Shown here in pieces: positions 17,609-26,317 of a stretch of DNA of 64,000 nt. The position numbers and the translations under genes are program-made. The notes below the pieces were generated by a model, which had not been told where the DNA came from, did no database searches, and was given only the letters and a program-made list of their open reading frames with translations. The stretch lies in assembly GCA_963666485.2 (NCBI GenBank), contig CAXXUO010000002.1, positions 512,001 through 576,000 on the forward strand, given 5' to 3'. This DNA comes from Syntrophorhabdaceae bacterium (GTDB lineage Bacteria; Desulfobacterota; Syntrophorhabdia; Syntrophorhabdales; Syntrophorhabdaceae). Position 1 is the first letter of the stretch, and every line of letters starts with the position of its first letter.

Positions 17609-20194
17609 ATGAATTGGGAAAAACTGACGATCAAGGCCCAGGAAGCGATGCAGGAAGCTCAGAAAAGAGCGGAATCGATGGGCCACCAGAGCATAGAGAA
17701 CGAGCATCTTCTTCTCGCGCTCATTTCCCAGAAGGAAGGGATCATACGCCCTATCCTCGAAAAACTCGGCGCAAAGGCAGACATCATTGCCCGGGACCTG
17801 GAGCGCGAACTCAAGAAAGTCCCCCGCGTCGAGGGGGGGCTGGGGCAGACATACATTTCGCCGCGCTTAAAGCAGACACTCGACACGGCCTCCACGGAGG
17901 CGGAAAGACTCAAGGATGAATTTGTCAGTACCGAACACATGCTGATCGGCGTAGCCGACTCCAAGGATTCTCCTGCGGCCGCGATATTGCGCGCGTATGG
18001 AGTTACCAAGGATAGTATCTACACAGTCATGAAGGACCTTCGTGGCACCCAGCGTGTCACCGACCAGGCGCCGGAAGAAAAATACCAGGCCCTGCAGAGA
18101 TATTGCCGCGACCTTACCGAAGAGGCGCGCAAGGGTAAACTCGACCCTGTGATCGGCCGGGACGAAGAGGTACGCAGGGTCATGCAGGTCCTGTCCCGCC
18201 GGACCAAGAACAACCCGGTCATTATCGGCGAACCGGGGGTCGGGAAGACTGCCATAGTCGAAGGGCTCGCACAGCGCATCATATCGGGGGACATACCCGA
18301 GACCCTTAAGAATAAAAGGGTCCTTTCCCTCGATCTGGGGTCGCTTCTTGCCGGGGCAAAATATCGCGGCGAATTTGAGGACAGGTTAAAAGCCGTTCTC
18401 AAGGAAATAGATGAGGCGTCGGGAACGGTCATCCTCTTTATCGATGAGTTGCATACGATCGTGGGCGCCGGCGGTGCGCAGGGGGCGGTAGACGCCTCAA
18501 ACATGCTGAAGCCCGCCCTCGCTCGCGGCGAATTGCGGTGCATCGGCGCCACGACGCTTGATGAATATCGTAAATATATAGAAAAGGATGCGGCTCTCGA
18601 GCGGCGTTTCCAGCCGGTATATGTGGGCGAGCCGTCCGTCGAGGAAACGATCGCCATCCTGCGGGGTTTGAAGGAAAAATACGAGCTGCATCACGGGGTA
18701 AGGATCAATGACCCGGCGATCATCGCCGCTGCCACGCTGTCGCACCGCTACATAACAGACCGCTTCCTCCCGGACAAAGCGATAGACCTCGTCGACGAGG
18801 CTTCGTCGAGGCTTCGTATGGAGATAGACAGCGTACCCACGGAGATAGACGAGATCGACCGCAAGATAATACAGGCCCAGATCGAAATGGAAGCGCTCAA
18901 GAAAGAAAAAGACCCTGCGTCAAAGGAGCGCCGGAAGAAGATACAGAACGAGCTCTCTGCCCTCAAATCTGAAGTGACGGAAAAAAGGAAGCACTGGGAG
19001 AAGGAAAAATCCCTCATCACGGGAATCTCGGAAACGAAGGAAAAGATCGAACAGGCCCGCAGCCACGCGGACGAACTGGAACGCAAGGGTGATTTCGGGC
19101 GGGTCGCCGAGATCCGCTACGGGACGATCTCCGCCCTCGAACAGGAGCTGAAAAAGAAGAACGATGAGCTTGCGGCAGCCCAGAAGGGCAAGAAGATGCT
19201 TAAAGAAGAGGTCGATGAAGAGGATATCGCCCGTGTGGTGTCCAAATGGACGGGCATCCCCGTATCCAAGATGCTCCAGGGGGAAATGGACAAGCTCGTC
19301 CGCATGGAGGAGAACATCCACCGCCGGGTCGTAGGGCAGGACGAGGCCATCGAAGCGGTCGCCAACACCATACGGCGGGCGCGGGCGGGCCTCCAGGACC
19401 CGAACAGGCCGCTCGGGTCGTTTCTTTTCCTGGGGCCGACCGGCGTCGGAAAAACAGAGCTTGCCCGGGCACTGGCGGAATTCCTGTTCGACGATGAACA
19501 GGCGATCGTCCGGATCGACATGAGCGAATTCATGGAAAAACACTCCGTGTCACGACTGATCGGCGCACCTCCCGGGTACGTGGGATACGAAGAAGGAGGA
19601 TACCTCACCGAGGCAATACGCAGGCGTCCCTACTCCATCATACTGCTCGACGAGGTTGAAAAGGCGCACCCCGACGTGTTCAACGTCCTTCTCCAGGTGC
19701 TCGATGACGGGCGCCTGACCGATGGCCAGGGACGCACCGTGGATTTCAAGAACTCCGTCATCATAATGACCTCGAACATCGGGAGCCAGTGGATAACCGA
19801 CCTCACCGAGCGTGATTATGAAGAGATGAAGCGACGCGTCGGTGACGCGGTAAAAGCCCATTTCAAGCCCGAGTTCATTAACCGGATAGACGATATCATT
19901 ATATTCAGAGGACTCACGGTCGAGAATATCAAGGCGATCGTAAAGCTTCAGCTCGACCTCATGGCAAAAAGGGCCCAGGACCGCAACATTACCCTCCTGT
20001 TCACCGACGGTCTCAGGGAGATGATAGCGAAAGAAGGATACGACCCCGCTTACGGGGCACGACCTCTCAAGCGCCTGATACAGAAGAAGATCCAGGACGC
20101 ATTGGCCCTGATGATACTTAAGGGTGAAGTGAAAGACGGGGATACGGTAACGGTGGACGCGGATGCGGCGGGCAATGTGACGTTTGGACGGTAA
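17609..20194 (+). CDS. clpB: ATP-dependent chaperone ClpB
   Basis: Two AAA domains ([16 protein letters not shown]), KYRGEFE, long middle coiled coil, [12 protein letters not shown] 17609 after GAGGTG. Confidence 0.97.
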   Translation: MNWEKLTIKAQEAMQEAQKRAESMGHQSIENEHLLLALISQKEGIIRPILEKLGAKADIIARDLERELKKVPRVEGGLGQTYISPRLKQTLDTASTEAERLKDEFVSTEHMLIGVADSKDSPAAAILRAYGVTKDSIYTVMKDLRGTQRVTDQAPEEKYQALQRYCRDLTEEARKGKLDPVIGRDEEVRRVMQVLSRRTKNNPVIIGEPGVGKTAIVEGLAQRIISGDIPETLKNKRVLSLDLGSLLAGAKYRGEFEDRLKAVLKEIDEASGTVILFIDELHTIVGAGGAQGAVDASNMLKPALARGELRCIGATTLDEYRKYIEKDAALERRFQPVYVGEPSVEETIAILRGLKEKYELHHGVRINDPAIIAAATLSHRYITDRFLPDKAIDLVDEASSRLRMEIDSVPTEIDEIDRKIIQAQIEMEALKKEKDPASKERRKKIQNELSALKSEVTEKRKHWEKEKSLITGISETKEKIEQARSHADELERKGDFGRVAEIRYGTISALEQELKKKNDELAAAQKGKKMLKEEVDEEDIARVVSKWTGIPVSKMLQGEMDKLVRMEENIHRRVVGQDEAIEAVANTIRRARAGLQDPNRPLGSFLFLGPTGVGKTELARALAEFLFDDEQAIVRIDMSEFMEKHSVSRLIGAPPGYVGYEEGGYLTEAIRRRPYSIILLDEVEKAHPDVFNVLLQVLDDGRLTDGQGRTVDFKNSVIIMTSNIGSQWITDLTERDYEEMKRRVGDAVKAHFKPEFINRIDDIIIFRGLTVENIKAIVKLQLDLMAKRAQDRNITLLFTDGLREMIAKEGYDPAYGARPLKRLIQKKIQDALALMILKGEVKDGDTVTVDADAAGNVTFGR

Positions 20195-20425
20195 GGCTAA
20201 CGGCTAACGGCTAACGGCTAACGGCTAACGGCTAACGGCTAACGGCTAACGGCTAACGGCTAACGGCTAACGGCTAACGGCTAACGGCTAACGGCTAACG
20301 GCTAACGGCTAACGGCTAACGGCTAACGGCTAACGGCTAACGGCTAACGGCTAACGGCTAACGGCTAACGGCTAACGGCTAACGGCTAACGGCTAACGGC
20401 TAACGGCTAACGGCTAACGGCTAAC
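20195..20425 (+). repeat. Perfect tandem repeat (GGCTAAC)33
   Basis: 231 bp = 33 x 7, starting immediately after the clpB TAA. Confidence 0.97.
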
Positions 20426-20446
20426 AAAGAATAGCGAAGATAGAAG

Positions 20447-20474
20447 AAAAGGCAAGCGGAAAGCTTGCCTTTTT
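20447..20474 (+). terminator. Rho-independent terminator for clpB
   Basis: AAAAGGCAAGC-GGAAA-GCTTGCCTTTTT. Confidence 0.85.
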
Positions 20475-20525
20475 AATTTTTGTTTGGGTTGATGGATTTT
20501 TTATATCTCGGATTCTTTCGTTTCT

Positions 20526-20592
20526 GTTAGCCTTTCGCCGTTCACTTTCACGTCTTTTTTTCCGTTAGCCGTTAGCCGTTAGCCGTACGCCG
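20526..20592 (-). repeat. Complementary heptamer arm (GTTAGCC)n for the clpB array
   Basis: GTTAGCCTTTCGCCG and CCGTTAGCCGTTAGCCGTTAGCCGTACGCCG. Confidence 0.85.
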
Positions 20593-20643
20593 TTTTTTTC
20601 ATCTTGACCTTTTTCCCCCCAGTTGTTATATATGGAGTGCTGT

Positions 20644-20718
20644 AGGCGCTTAGCTCAGTGGGAGAGCGCTTCCCTGACGCGGAAGAGGTCAAGGGTTCAA
20701 TACCCTTAGCGCCTACCA
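20644..20718 (+). tRNA. tRNA-Val(GAC)
   Basis: Acceptor AGGCGCT/AGCGCCT, anticodon arm CTTCC-CTGACGC-GGAAG, T arm GGTTCAAT, encoded CCA. TTGACC-N17-TATATA promoter upstream. Confidence 0.96.
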
Positions 20719-20857
20719 TTTTTTTATATGTCTGTTCGCACTATCGGCGAATATGAGATTAACAAAAGTTAATTCCCATACTTTCAATAACAAACAGAAC
20801 TTATTGGTACGGATTTCCAAGAGCAAGCCGGACCTCTATTTCGGGGCCTTGCCTGTG

Positions 20858-22234
20858 ATGACGCGCCGGGTTTTTTTCTGTATTGTCCTGACCCTTATCC
20901 TGCTTCCCCTGATCGCTTTCGCGCAGACTGCGGTGCAGCCGAAGCAGTCTGCCGCATCAAATACCGCGCCAGCTGCCACTCAGACACCGGCCACCGCCCC
21001 GACGTCGGGCACGGCGCAGCAATTGGGCAACAGTCCCCCGGCTACCTCCCCTCAACAGCCGCCCACTAACATCAAAGAGGCCGGTCTCGCAGCACCCGTT
21101 CCTGCCGGCAATGCCGCACAGGGAGATGTCCCTCAAGCTGTAAATACGCCACCCGCAGCCGAGGCGAGCCCCATACAGTTCAAGCTGAGCACCGACGGGA
21201 CCGTCGCGACCATTCTCTTTGACAAAGACAGCATTGACGCGATGAAAACCGTTATTGCCCAGCTCGAACAGAACGGGGTCCTGGGCAAGGTCAAGGGGAT
21301 CGTTTATTCCGCTGCCGGAATCACCCCGATGCTCGTCCTGATAGGGGAAAAAGATGAACTCGCCCAGAAGCTGGCGATAGTCCGGCAGTTCATACCGGAC
21401 CAGAGCCAGGCACACATGGTGGTAATATCGGCAAGCCTGCGCGAGCTGCAGGACGAGGACGCTTATTATGTTGGTCTTAACCTGAGCCCGGATATCCTGG
21501 GGATAACGCTCGGCGGTACCGGTGCGAGTGCGACCTTTCAGAATTATGATCCCGGCGGAGAGAATCTTAAGACCCAGTATCAGACGAATATCTCTGCGCA
21601 GTTTCCATCTAATTTTACCTTTTCCAGGATCGCCCAATTTCAGGAGGCCTACAACAGGGGCAAGGTCCTTGTGGCCAGCGAGGTTTATACCCGCAACGGG
21701 ACGAAAGCTCTCCTGACAAATATCCAGTCTATCCCGATCTTCACCGTCGACACCAATAAGAATATCTCCACACAGTATCAGAACCTGGAAACAAGCGTCG
21801 ACGTGATACCGACCACGATAGATTATAATAGGGAAAACCCGGAGGATAGTCAGGTAAGAGTGGATGCCCTGGTCAAGATCAGCGTCGTAACAGGGACCCA
21901 GTCATATTCAACCTCCTCCGCGCCATCGTACGCGACGAAAACATTCGCCACGACCCGCGTACTCAAAGCGAACAATGAGCGGTACATAGTAGGGACATTT
22001 GTCAATGATGCCACATACAAAGCACAGCAAGGCATACCTTTTCTCTCGAAAATACCGCTCCTGAAATATCTCTTTTCCCAGGAAACAAACGATGCGCAGC
22101 GCAAAATAGCTATTCTCACGCTTGCCGTCAGGCTTGTCCCGATGAGCGTCAAGGACCTCACGATACAGGTGGACAGGATCGACCCACTGGAGGAACTCTA
22201 TAAACGAAAGGGTACTAAGCCGGGAGAAAGATAA
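20858..22234 (+). CDS. Secretin-family outer membrane protein (type II/III secretion system protein), orphan
   Basis: Signal peptide MTRRVFF...LIAFA, Pro/Ala/Gln/Thr-rich linker, C-terminal secretin signature GIPFLSKIPLLKYLF. Start uncertain (20753-20858). Confidence 0.72.
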   Translation: MTRRVFFCIVLTLILLPLIAFAQTAVQPKQSAASNTAPAATQTPATAPTSGTAQQLGNSPPATSPQQPPTNIKEAGLAAPVPAGNAAQGDVPQAVNTPPAAEASPIQFKLSTDGTVATILFDKDSIDAMKTVIAQLEQNGVLGKVKGIVYSAAGITPMLVLIGEKDELAQKLAIVRQFIPDQSQAHMVVISASLRELQDEDAYYVGLNLSPDILGITLGGTGASATFQNYDPGGENLKTQYQTNISAQFPSNFTFSRIAQFQEAYNRGKVLVASEVYTRNGTKALLTNIQSIPIFTVDTNKNISTQYQNLETSVDVIPTTIDYNRENPEDSQVRVDALVKISVVTGTQSYSTSSAPSYATKTFATTRVLKANNERYIVGTFVNDATYKAQQGIPFLSKIPLLKYLFSQETNDAQRKIAILTLAVRLVPMSVKDLTIQVDRIDPLEELYKRKGTKPGER

Positions 22235-22453
22235 TCCTCCCGTTGCAATTCCAGGTTTCTCGCCGGGCCGCTTCGTTCCCATGCGCATACGCCAAAGCCT
22301 TTTTGGGATGCAACCCTTAAACCCCGTTTTCCCCAATCTTTTTAACTATAAGAATTGACAAGAGAAACTGAAAAATGGTAATAATATCTTTCTGTTCAGA
22401 CATTGTTTCTCAGGTTTGAAATTAGCAGTTAAAGCAGTTCTAAGGATCGTATA

Positions 22454-24169
22454 ATGGACGAAAACCTCGATATGATACGGCACAGCACGTCTCACCTCAT
22501 GGCGCAGGCGGTGCGGGACCTCTTTCCCGGGGTCAAGGTCGCCATAGGGCCTTCCATTGAAACCGGATTTTATTATGATTTTGACTATGACCCGGGGTTT
22601 ACGGATGAAGACCTGGCGAAGATAGAAAAACGCATGGGCGAGCTTACCGAGATGAATATCCCGATCGAACGCAGGATAATCAAGCGGCAGGACGCCATCA
22701 GGATGTTCGCCGAGATGGGCGAACCCTATAAGGTCGAACTTCTCGAGGCCCTCTCTGACGACGAAGTGAGCATCTACACGCAGGGCAATTTCACTGACCT
22801 CTGCCGGGGGCCCCACCTCGAGTCGACGGGGAAGATCAAGGCGTTCAAGCTTTTGAGCCTTGCGGGGGCATACTGGAGGGGCGACGAGCACAACAAGATG
22901 CTCACCCGTATCTACGGAACGGCATTTGCCGACCGGAAGGCGCTCAAGGAATACCTAACATTCCTCGAGGAAGTTAAGAAAAGGGACCACAGGCGGCTCG
23001 GGAAAGACCTCGATCTTTTCAGCATATCCGACGAGGTCGGGGCCGGATTGGTCATCTACCACCCGAAGGGCGCCCTGCTCCGCTGGCTTCTCGAAGATTT
23101 CGAGCGCAGGGAACACCTCAAGCGCGGTTACGATTTTGTCGTCGGACCCCACATCCTGAAGCTCGACATGTGGAAAAAGTCCGGCCATTTCGAAAATTAC
23201 CGCGAAAATATGTACTTCACGAAGGTCGACGAGGTCGAGTACGGCATCAAGCCGATGAACTGCCTGTCGCACATCATGGTTTACAAGTCCCAGGTGAGGA
23301 GCTATCGCGAGCTGCCCCTGCGGTACTTCGAACTGGGGACCGTCTGCCGGCATGAAAAATCCGGGGTCCTTCACGGGCTCATGCGGGTCCGGGAATTCAC
23401 CCAGGACGATGCCCATATATTCCTGCGCCCCGACCAGCTCCATGACGAGATCCTTGCGATCATCCGGTTCGTTCAGGACGTTATGGACATCTTCGGCTTC
23501 AAGTTCGAAATGGAGATAAGCACCCGGCCGTCCAAGTCCATCGGGAGTGACGAGGATTGGGAAAGGGCCGAAAAAGCCCTGAAAGAGGTCCTTGACAGCC
23601 AGGGCCTGCCGTATGACCTGAATGAAGGTGACGGAGCATTCTATGGACCGAAGATAGACATCAAGCTCAAGGACGCGCTGGGAAGGAAGTGGCAATGTGC
23701 GACCATCCAGTGCGACTTTGCGCTTCCCGAACGCTTTGACCTCCATTACACCGATTCCGACGGCCTCAGAAAAAGGCCTGTTATGCTCCACCGGGTTGTC
23801 CTCGGGGCGCTCGAGAGGTTCATGGGGGTCCTGATAGAGCACTATGCGGGAAAGTTCCCCGTCTGGCTGGCACCCGTCCAGGTCGTTGTCATGAACATCA
23901 CCGATGACCAGGCCGCATATGTCCGGTCAGTGTCCGATGCATTGAAAAGGGAAGAAATCAGGGTCGAAACGGACCTGAGAAATGAAAAACTTGGTTTAAA
24001 AATCCGCGAAAGTGTGGTAAAGAAAATCCCCTATATGGTGATCGCGGGCAAGAATGAGGTGGAGAGCAACACCCTCACCGTTCGCGTGCGCGATGGCGGT
24101 GAGCTGAAAGATATCAGTCTCGAAGATTTTATTGGGCGGGTTAAGGATGAAATTTCAAACAGGAGGTGA
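22454..24169 (+). CDS. thrS: Threonine--tRNA ligase (short form without N-terminal TGS domain)
   Basis: [42 protein letters not shown]. Confidence 0.97.
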   Translation: MDENLDMIRHSTSHLMAQAVRDLFPGVKVAIGPSIETGFYYDFDYDPGFTDEDLAKIEKRMGELTEMNIPIERRIIKRQDAIRMFAEMGEPYKVELLEALSDDEVSIYTQGNFTDLCRGPHLESTGKIKAFKLLSLAGAYWRGDEHNKMLTRIYGTAFADRKALKEYLTFLEEVKKRDHRRLGKDLDLFSISDEVGAGLVIYHPKGALLRWLLEDFERREHLKRGYDFVVGPHILKLDMWKKSGHFENYRENMYFTKVDEVEYGIKPMNCLSHIMVYKSQVRSYRELPLRYFELGTVCRHEKSGVLHGLMRVREFTQDDAHIFLRPDQLHDEILAIIRFVQDVMDIFGFKFEMEISTRPSKSIGSDEDWERAEKALKEVLDSQGLPYDLNEGDGAFYGPKIDIKLKDALGRKWQCATIQCDFALPERFDLHYTDSDGLRKRPVMLHRVVLGALERFMGVLIEHYAGKFPVWLAPVQVVVMNITDDQAAYVRSVSDALKREEIRVETDLRNEKLGLKIRESVVKKIPYMVIAGKNEVESNTLTVRVRDGGELKDISLEDFIGRVKDEISNRR

Positions 24170-24174
24170 GCCTT

Positions 24175-24696
24175 ATAGCAGGTAATAAAGATTTCAAAGA
24201 CATCAACGTCAATGAAAAGATCCGCGTCCGCGAGGTGCGTCTTATCGACGAAAACGGGGAACAGCTGGGCATTGTTCCGACAGTGGACGCCTTAAGGATG
24301 GCGCGGGAAAAGGAGCTCGATCTTGTAGAGGTTTCGGGTAAATCGGCCCCTCCTGTCTGCAAGATCATGGATTACGGGAAGTACAAATACCAGCTGGCAA
24401 AAAAAGCCCAGGAAGCCAAAAAGAAACAGACCGTGATCCAGATAAAGGAAATGAAGATCGGGCTCAAGATCGAGGAGCATGATTTTCAGTTCAAGATGAA
24501 GCACCTGAGGGAATTTCTCGAAGAGGGCCATAAGCTGAAGATCATCATCATGTTCCGCGGAAGGGAGATCCTCCACGTTGACATGGGAGAGAAGCTCGCT
24601 CAAAAAGTTGTGGACTCATTGAAAGATGTAGGGGAACTCGAACAAAGGTCCAGGTTTGACGGCAGAAACATAGTTATGATTTTTGCCCCCCTTTAA
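24175..24696 (+). CDS. infC: Translation initiation factor IF-3 (probable ATA start)
   Basis: NEKIRVREVRLI, PPVCKIMDYGKY, MFRGRE. AGGAGG (24161-24166) lies 8 nt before the in-frame ATA. Confidence 0.95.
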   Translation: MAGNKDFKDINVNEKIRVREVRLIDENGEQLGIVPTVDALRMAREKELDLVEVSGKSAPPVCKIMDYGKYKYQLAKKAQEAKKKQTVIQIKEMKIGLKIEEHDFQFKMKHLREFLEEGHKLKIIIMFRGREILHVDMGEKLAQKVVDSLKDVGELEQRSRFDGRNIVMIFAPL

Positions 24697-24714
24697 TAGA
24701 AGGAGGATAGATAA

Positions 24715-24912
24715 ATGCCTAAAGTAAAAACCCATAGGGGGCTGGCGAAGCGCGTAAAGGTCACCGCGGGCGGCAAGATAAAACGCGGCAAGGCCTATCA
24801 TAGCCACCTGCTTTCATGTAAGACGCCGAAGATGAAACGCCGGCTTTCAAAGGCCGATACCGTGAATTCGGCAGACGCAAAGAGACTCAAGTCGTTAATA
24901 CCGTATTTATAA
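24715..24912 (+). CDS. rpmI: 50S ribosomal protein L35
   Basis: [13 protein letters not shown]; operon position. Confidence 0.96.
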   Translation: MPKVKTHRGLAKRVKVTAGGKIKRGKAYHSHLLSCKTPKMKRRLSKADTVNSADAKRLKSLIPYL

Positions 24913-24928
24913 AGAGAGGTACAGTACC

Positions 24929-25288
24929 ATGCCAAGGGCAAAAAGAGGATTCAAGGCGAGACAGAGAAGGAAGAAAATATTCAAGCTTGCAAGGGGCATG
25001 ACGCAGCGCAGGAAGAATGTATACAGCGTCGCGAAGAGAGCCGTCTTCAAGGCCCTCAAGTATGCTTATATAGGGCGCAAGGAACGCAAGCGCGATTTCA
25101 GGTCACTGTGGATAGTCCGCATCAATGCCGCATGCCGTTCCTACGGTATACCCTACAACCGTTTCATCAACGGGCTGAAAGTGGCCAACATAGCCCTCAA
25201 CAGGAAATCCCTCGCCGATATGGCCGTCAACGATCCCGCCGGGTTCGAGCAGGTTGTCGCAAAGGTGAAGGCCGCCGTAACGCACTAG
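24929..25288 (+). CDS. rplT: 50S ribosomal protein L20
   Basis: [27 protein letters not shown]. Confidence 0.97.
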   Translation: MPRAKRGFKARQRRKKIFKLARGMTQRRKNVYSVAKRAVFKALKYAYIGRKERKRDFRSLWIVRINAACRSYGIPYNRFINGLKVANIALNRKSLADMAVNDPAGFEQVVAKVKAAVTH

Positions 25289-25296
25289 GGTGACGC

Positions 25297-26307
25297 TTGG
25301 ATATTAGCGGACTTAAAGAAAAGATCGAAAGCGAAATATCCCGGATAGCAAATGCTGATGATGTCAAACAGGTCAAGGTGTCCGTCCTCGGCAGGAAGGG
25401 GATCATTGCCGAGTACCTGGACAAGCTCAAAACCCTTGATAAAGACAAGCGCCGCGACGCAGGCAAAGCGATCAATGACGTAAAATCCTGGGCCGACCAG
25501 AGGCTCGGCGAACTGGAGAAACAGTTCGAAGAGATCGAGAGAGGCAAACGGGAGGCCGCCACCCGGATCGATATAACGATGCCGGGCTCTGCACCGCTTT
25601 TCGGCAAAAAGCATCCGATCACACTGACCCTCGAAGAGATAATCAGGATCTTCTCGTCGCTCGGGTTTTCCGTTGCAGAGGGGCCTGATATCGAGACGGA
25701 GCATTATAATTTCGAGGCCCTCAATATCCCTTCGGACCATCCGGCAAGGGATATGCAGGACACATTCTATATAAATCCCGGTGTAGTCCTGAGGACCCAT
25801 ACATCGCCCGTTCAGATACGGACAATGGAGTCACAACTTCCACCGGTCAAGATCATCGCCCCGGGGTGCGTGTACCGGTGCGACAACGACATCTCGCACA
25901 CCCCCATGTTTCACCAGGTCGAGGGACTGATGGTCGATAAGAACGTCCGGTTTTCGGACCTGAAGGGTATATTGAGCATCTTCATACATGAAATGTTCGG
26001 GCCTGATACGCCGCTGAGGTTCCGTCCGAGCTATTTTCCGTTCACCGAGCCCTCGGCCGAGGTCGATATCGGCTGCGTGATATGCCGCGGCGAAGGCTGC
26101 CGGGTCTGCAAGGACACCGGCTGGCTCGAGATACTGGGGTCCGGCATGGTACATCCCCAGGTTTTCCGGAATGTCGGGTACGACCAGGAAGAGATCACCG
26201 GTTTTGCCTTCGGCATGGGCGTCGAACGCATCGCCATGATCAAATTCGGAATAGACGACATCCGCCAGTTCTACTACAACGATGTCAGGTTTCTCGCTCA
26301 GTTCTGA
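25297..26307 (+). CDS. pheS: Phenylalanine--tRNA ligase alpha subunit
   Basis: HPARDMQDTF, LRTHTSPVQ, FPFTEPS, GFAFGMGVER. Confidence 0.97.
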   Translation: MDISGLKEKIESEISRIANADDVKQVKVSVLGRKGIIAEYLDKLKTLDKDKRRDAGKAINDVKSWADQRLGELEKQFEEIERGKREAATRIDITMPGSAPLFGKKHPITLTLEEIIRIFSSLGFSVAEGPDIETEHYNFEALNIPSDHPARDMQDTFYINPGVVLRTHTSPVQIRTMESQLPPVKIIAPGCVYRCDNDISHTPMFHQVEGLMVDKNVRFSDLKGILSIFIHEMFGPDTPLRFRPSYFPFTEPSAEVDIGCVICRGEGCRVCKDTGWLEILGSGMVHPQVFRNVGYDQEEITGFAFGMGVERIAMIKFGIDDIRQFYYNDVRFLAQF

Positions 26308-26317
26308 GGTGTGATGA

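Noticed and set aside
20195..20425. CRISPR array
   Set aside because: Pure 7-bp tandem repeat with no spacers and no cas genes.
22242..22314. Structured RNA between the secretin and thrS
   Set aside because: Only an imperfect ~11-bp closing stem; no T-box or other recognisable motif.
20644..22453. Integrative element at tRNA-Val
   Set aside because: No integrase and no duplicated tRNA 3' end found.
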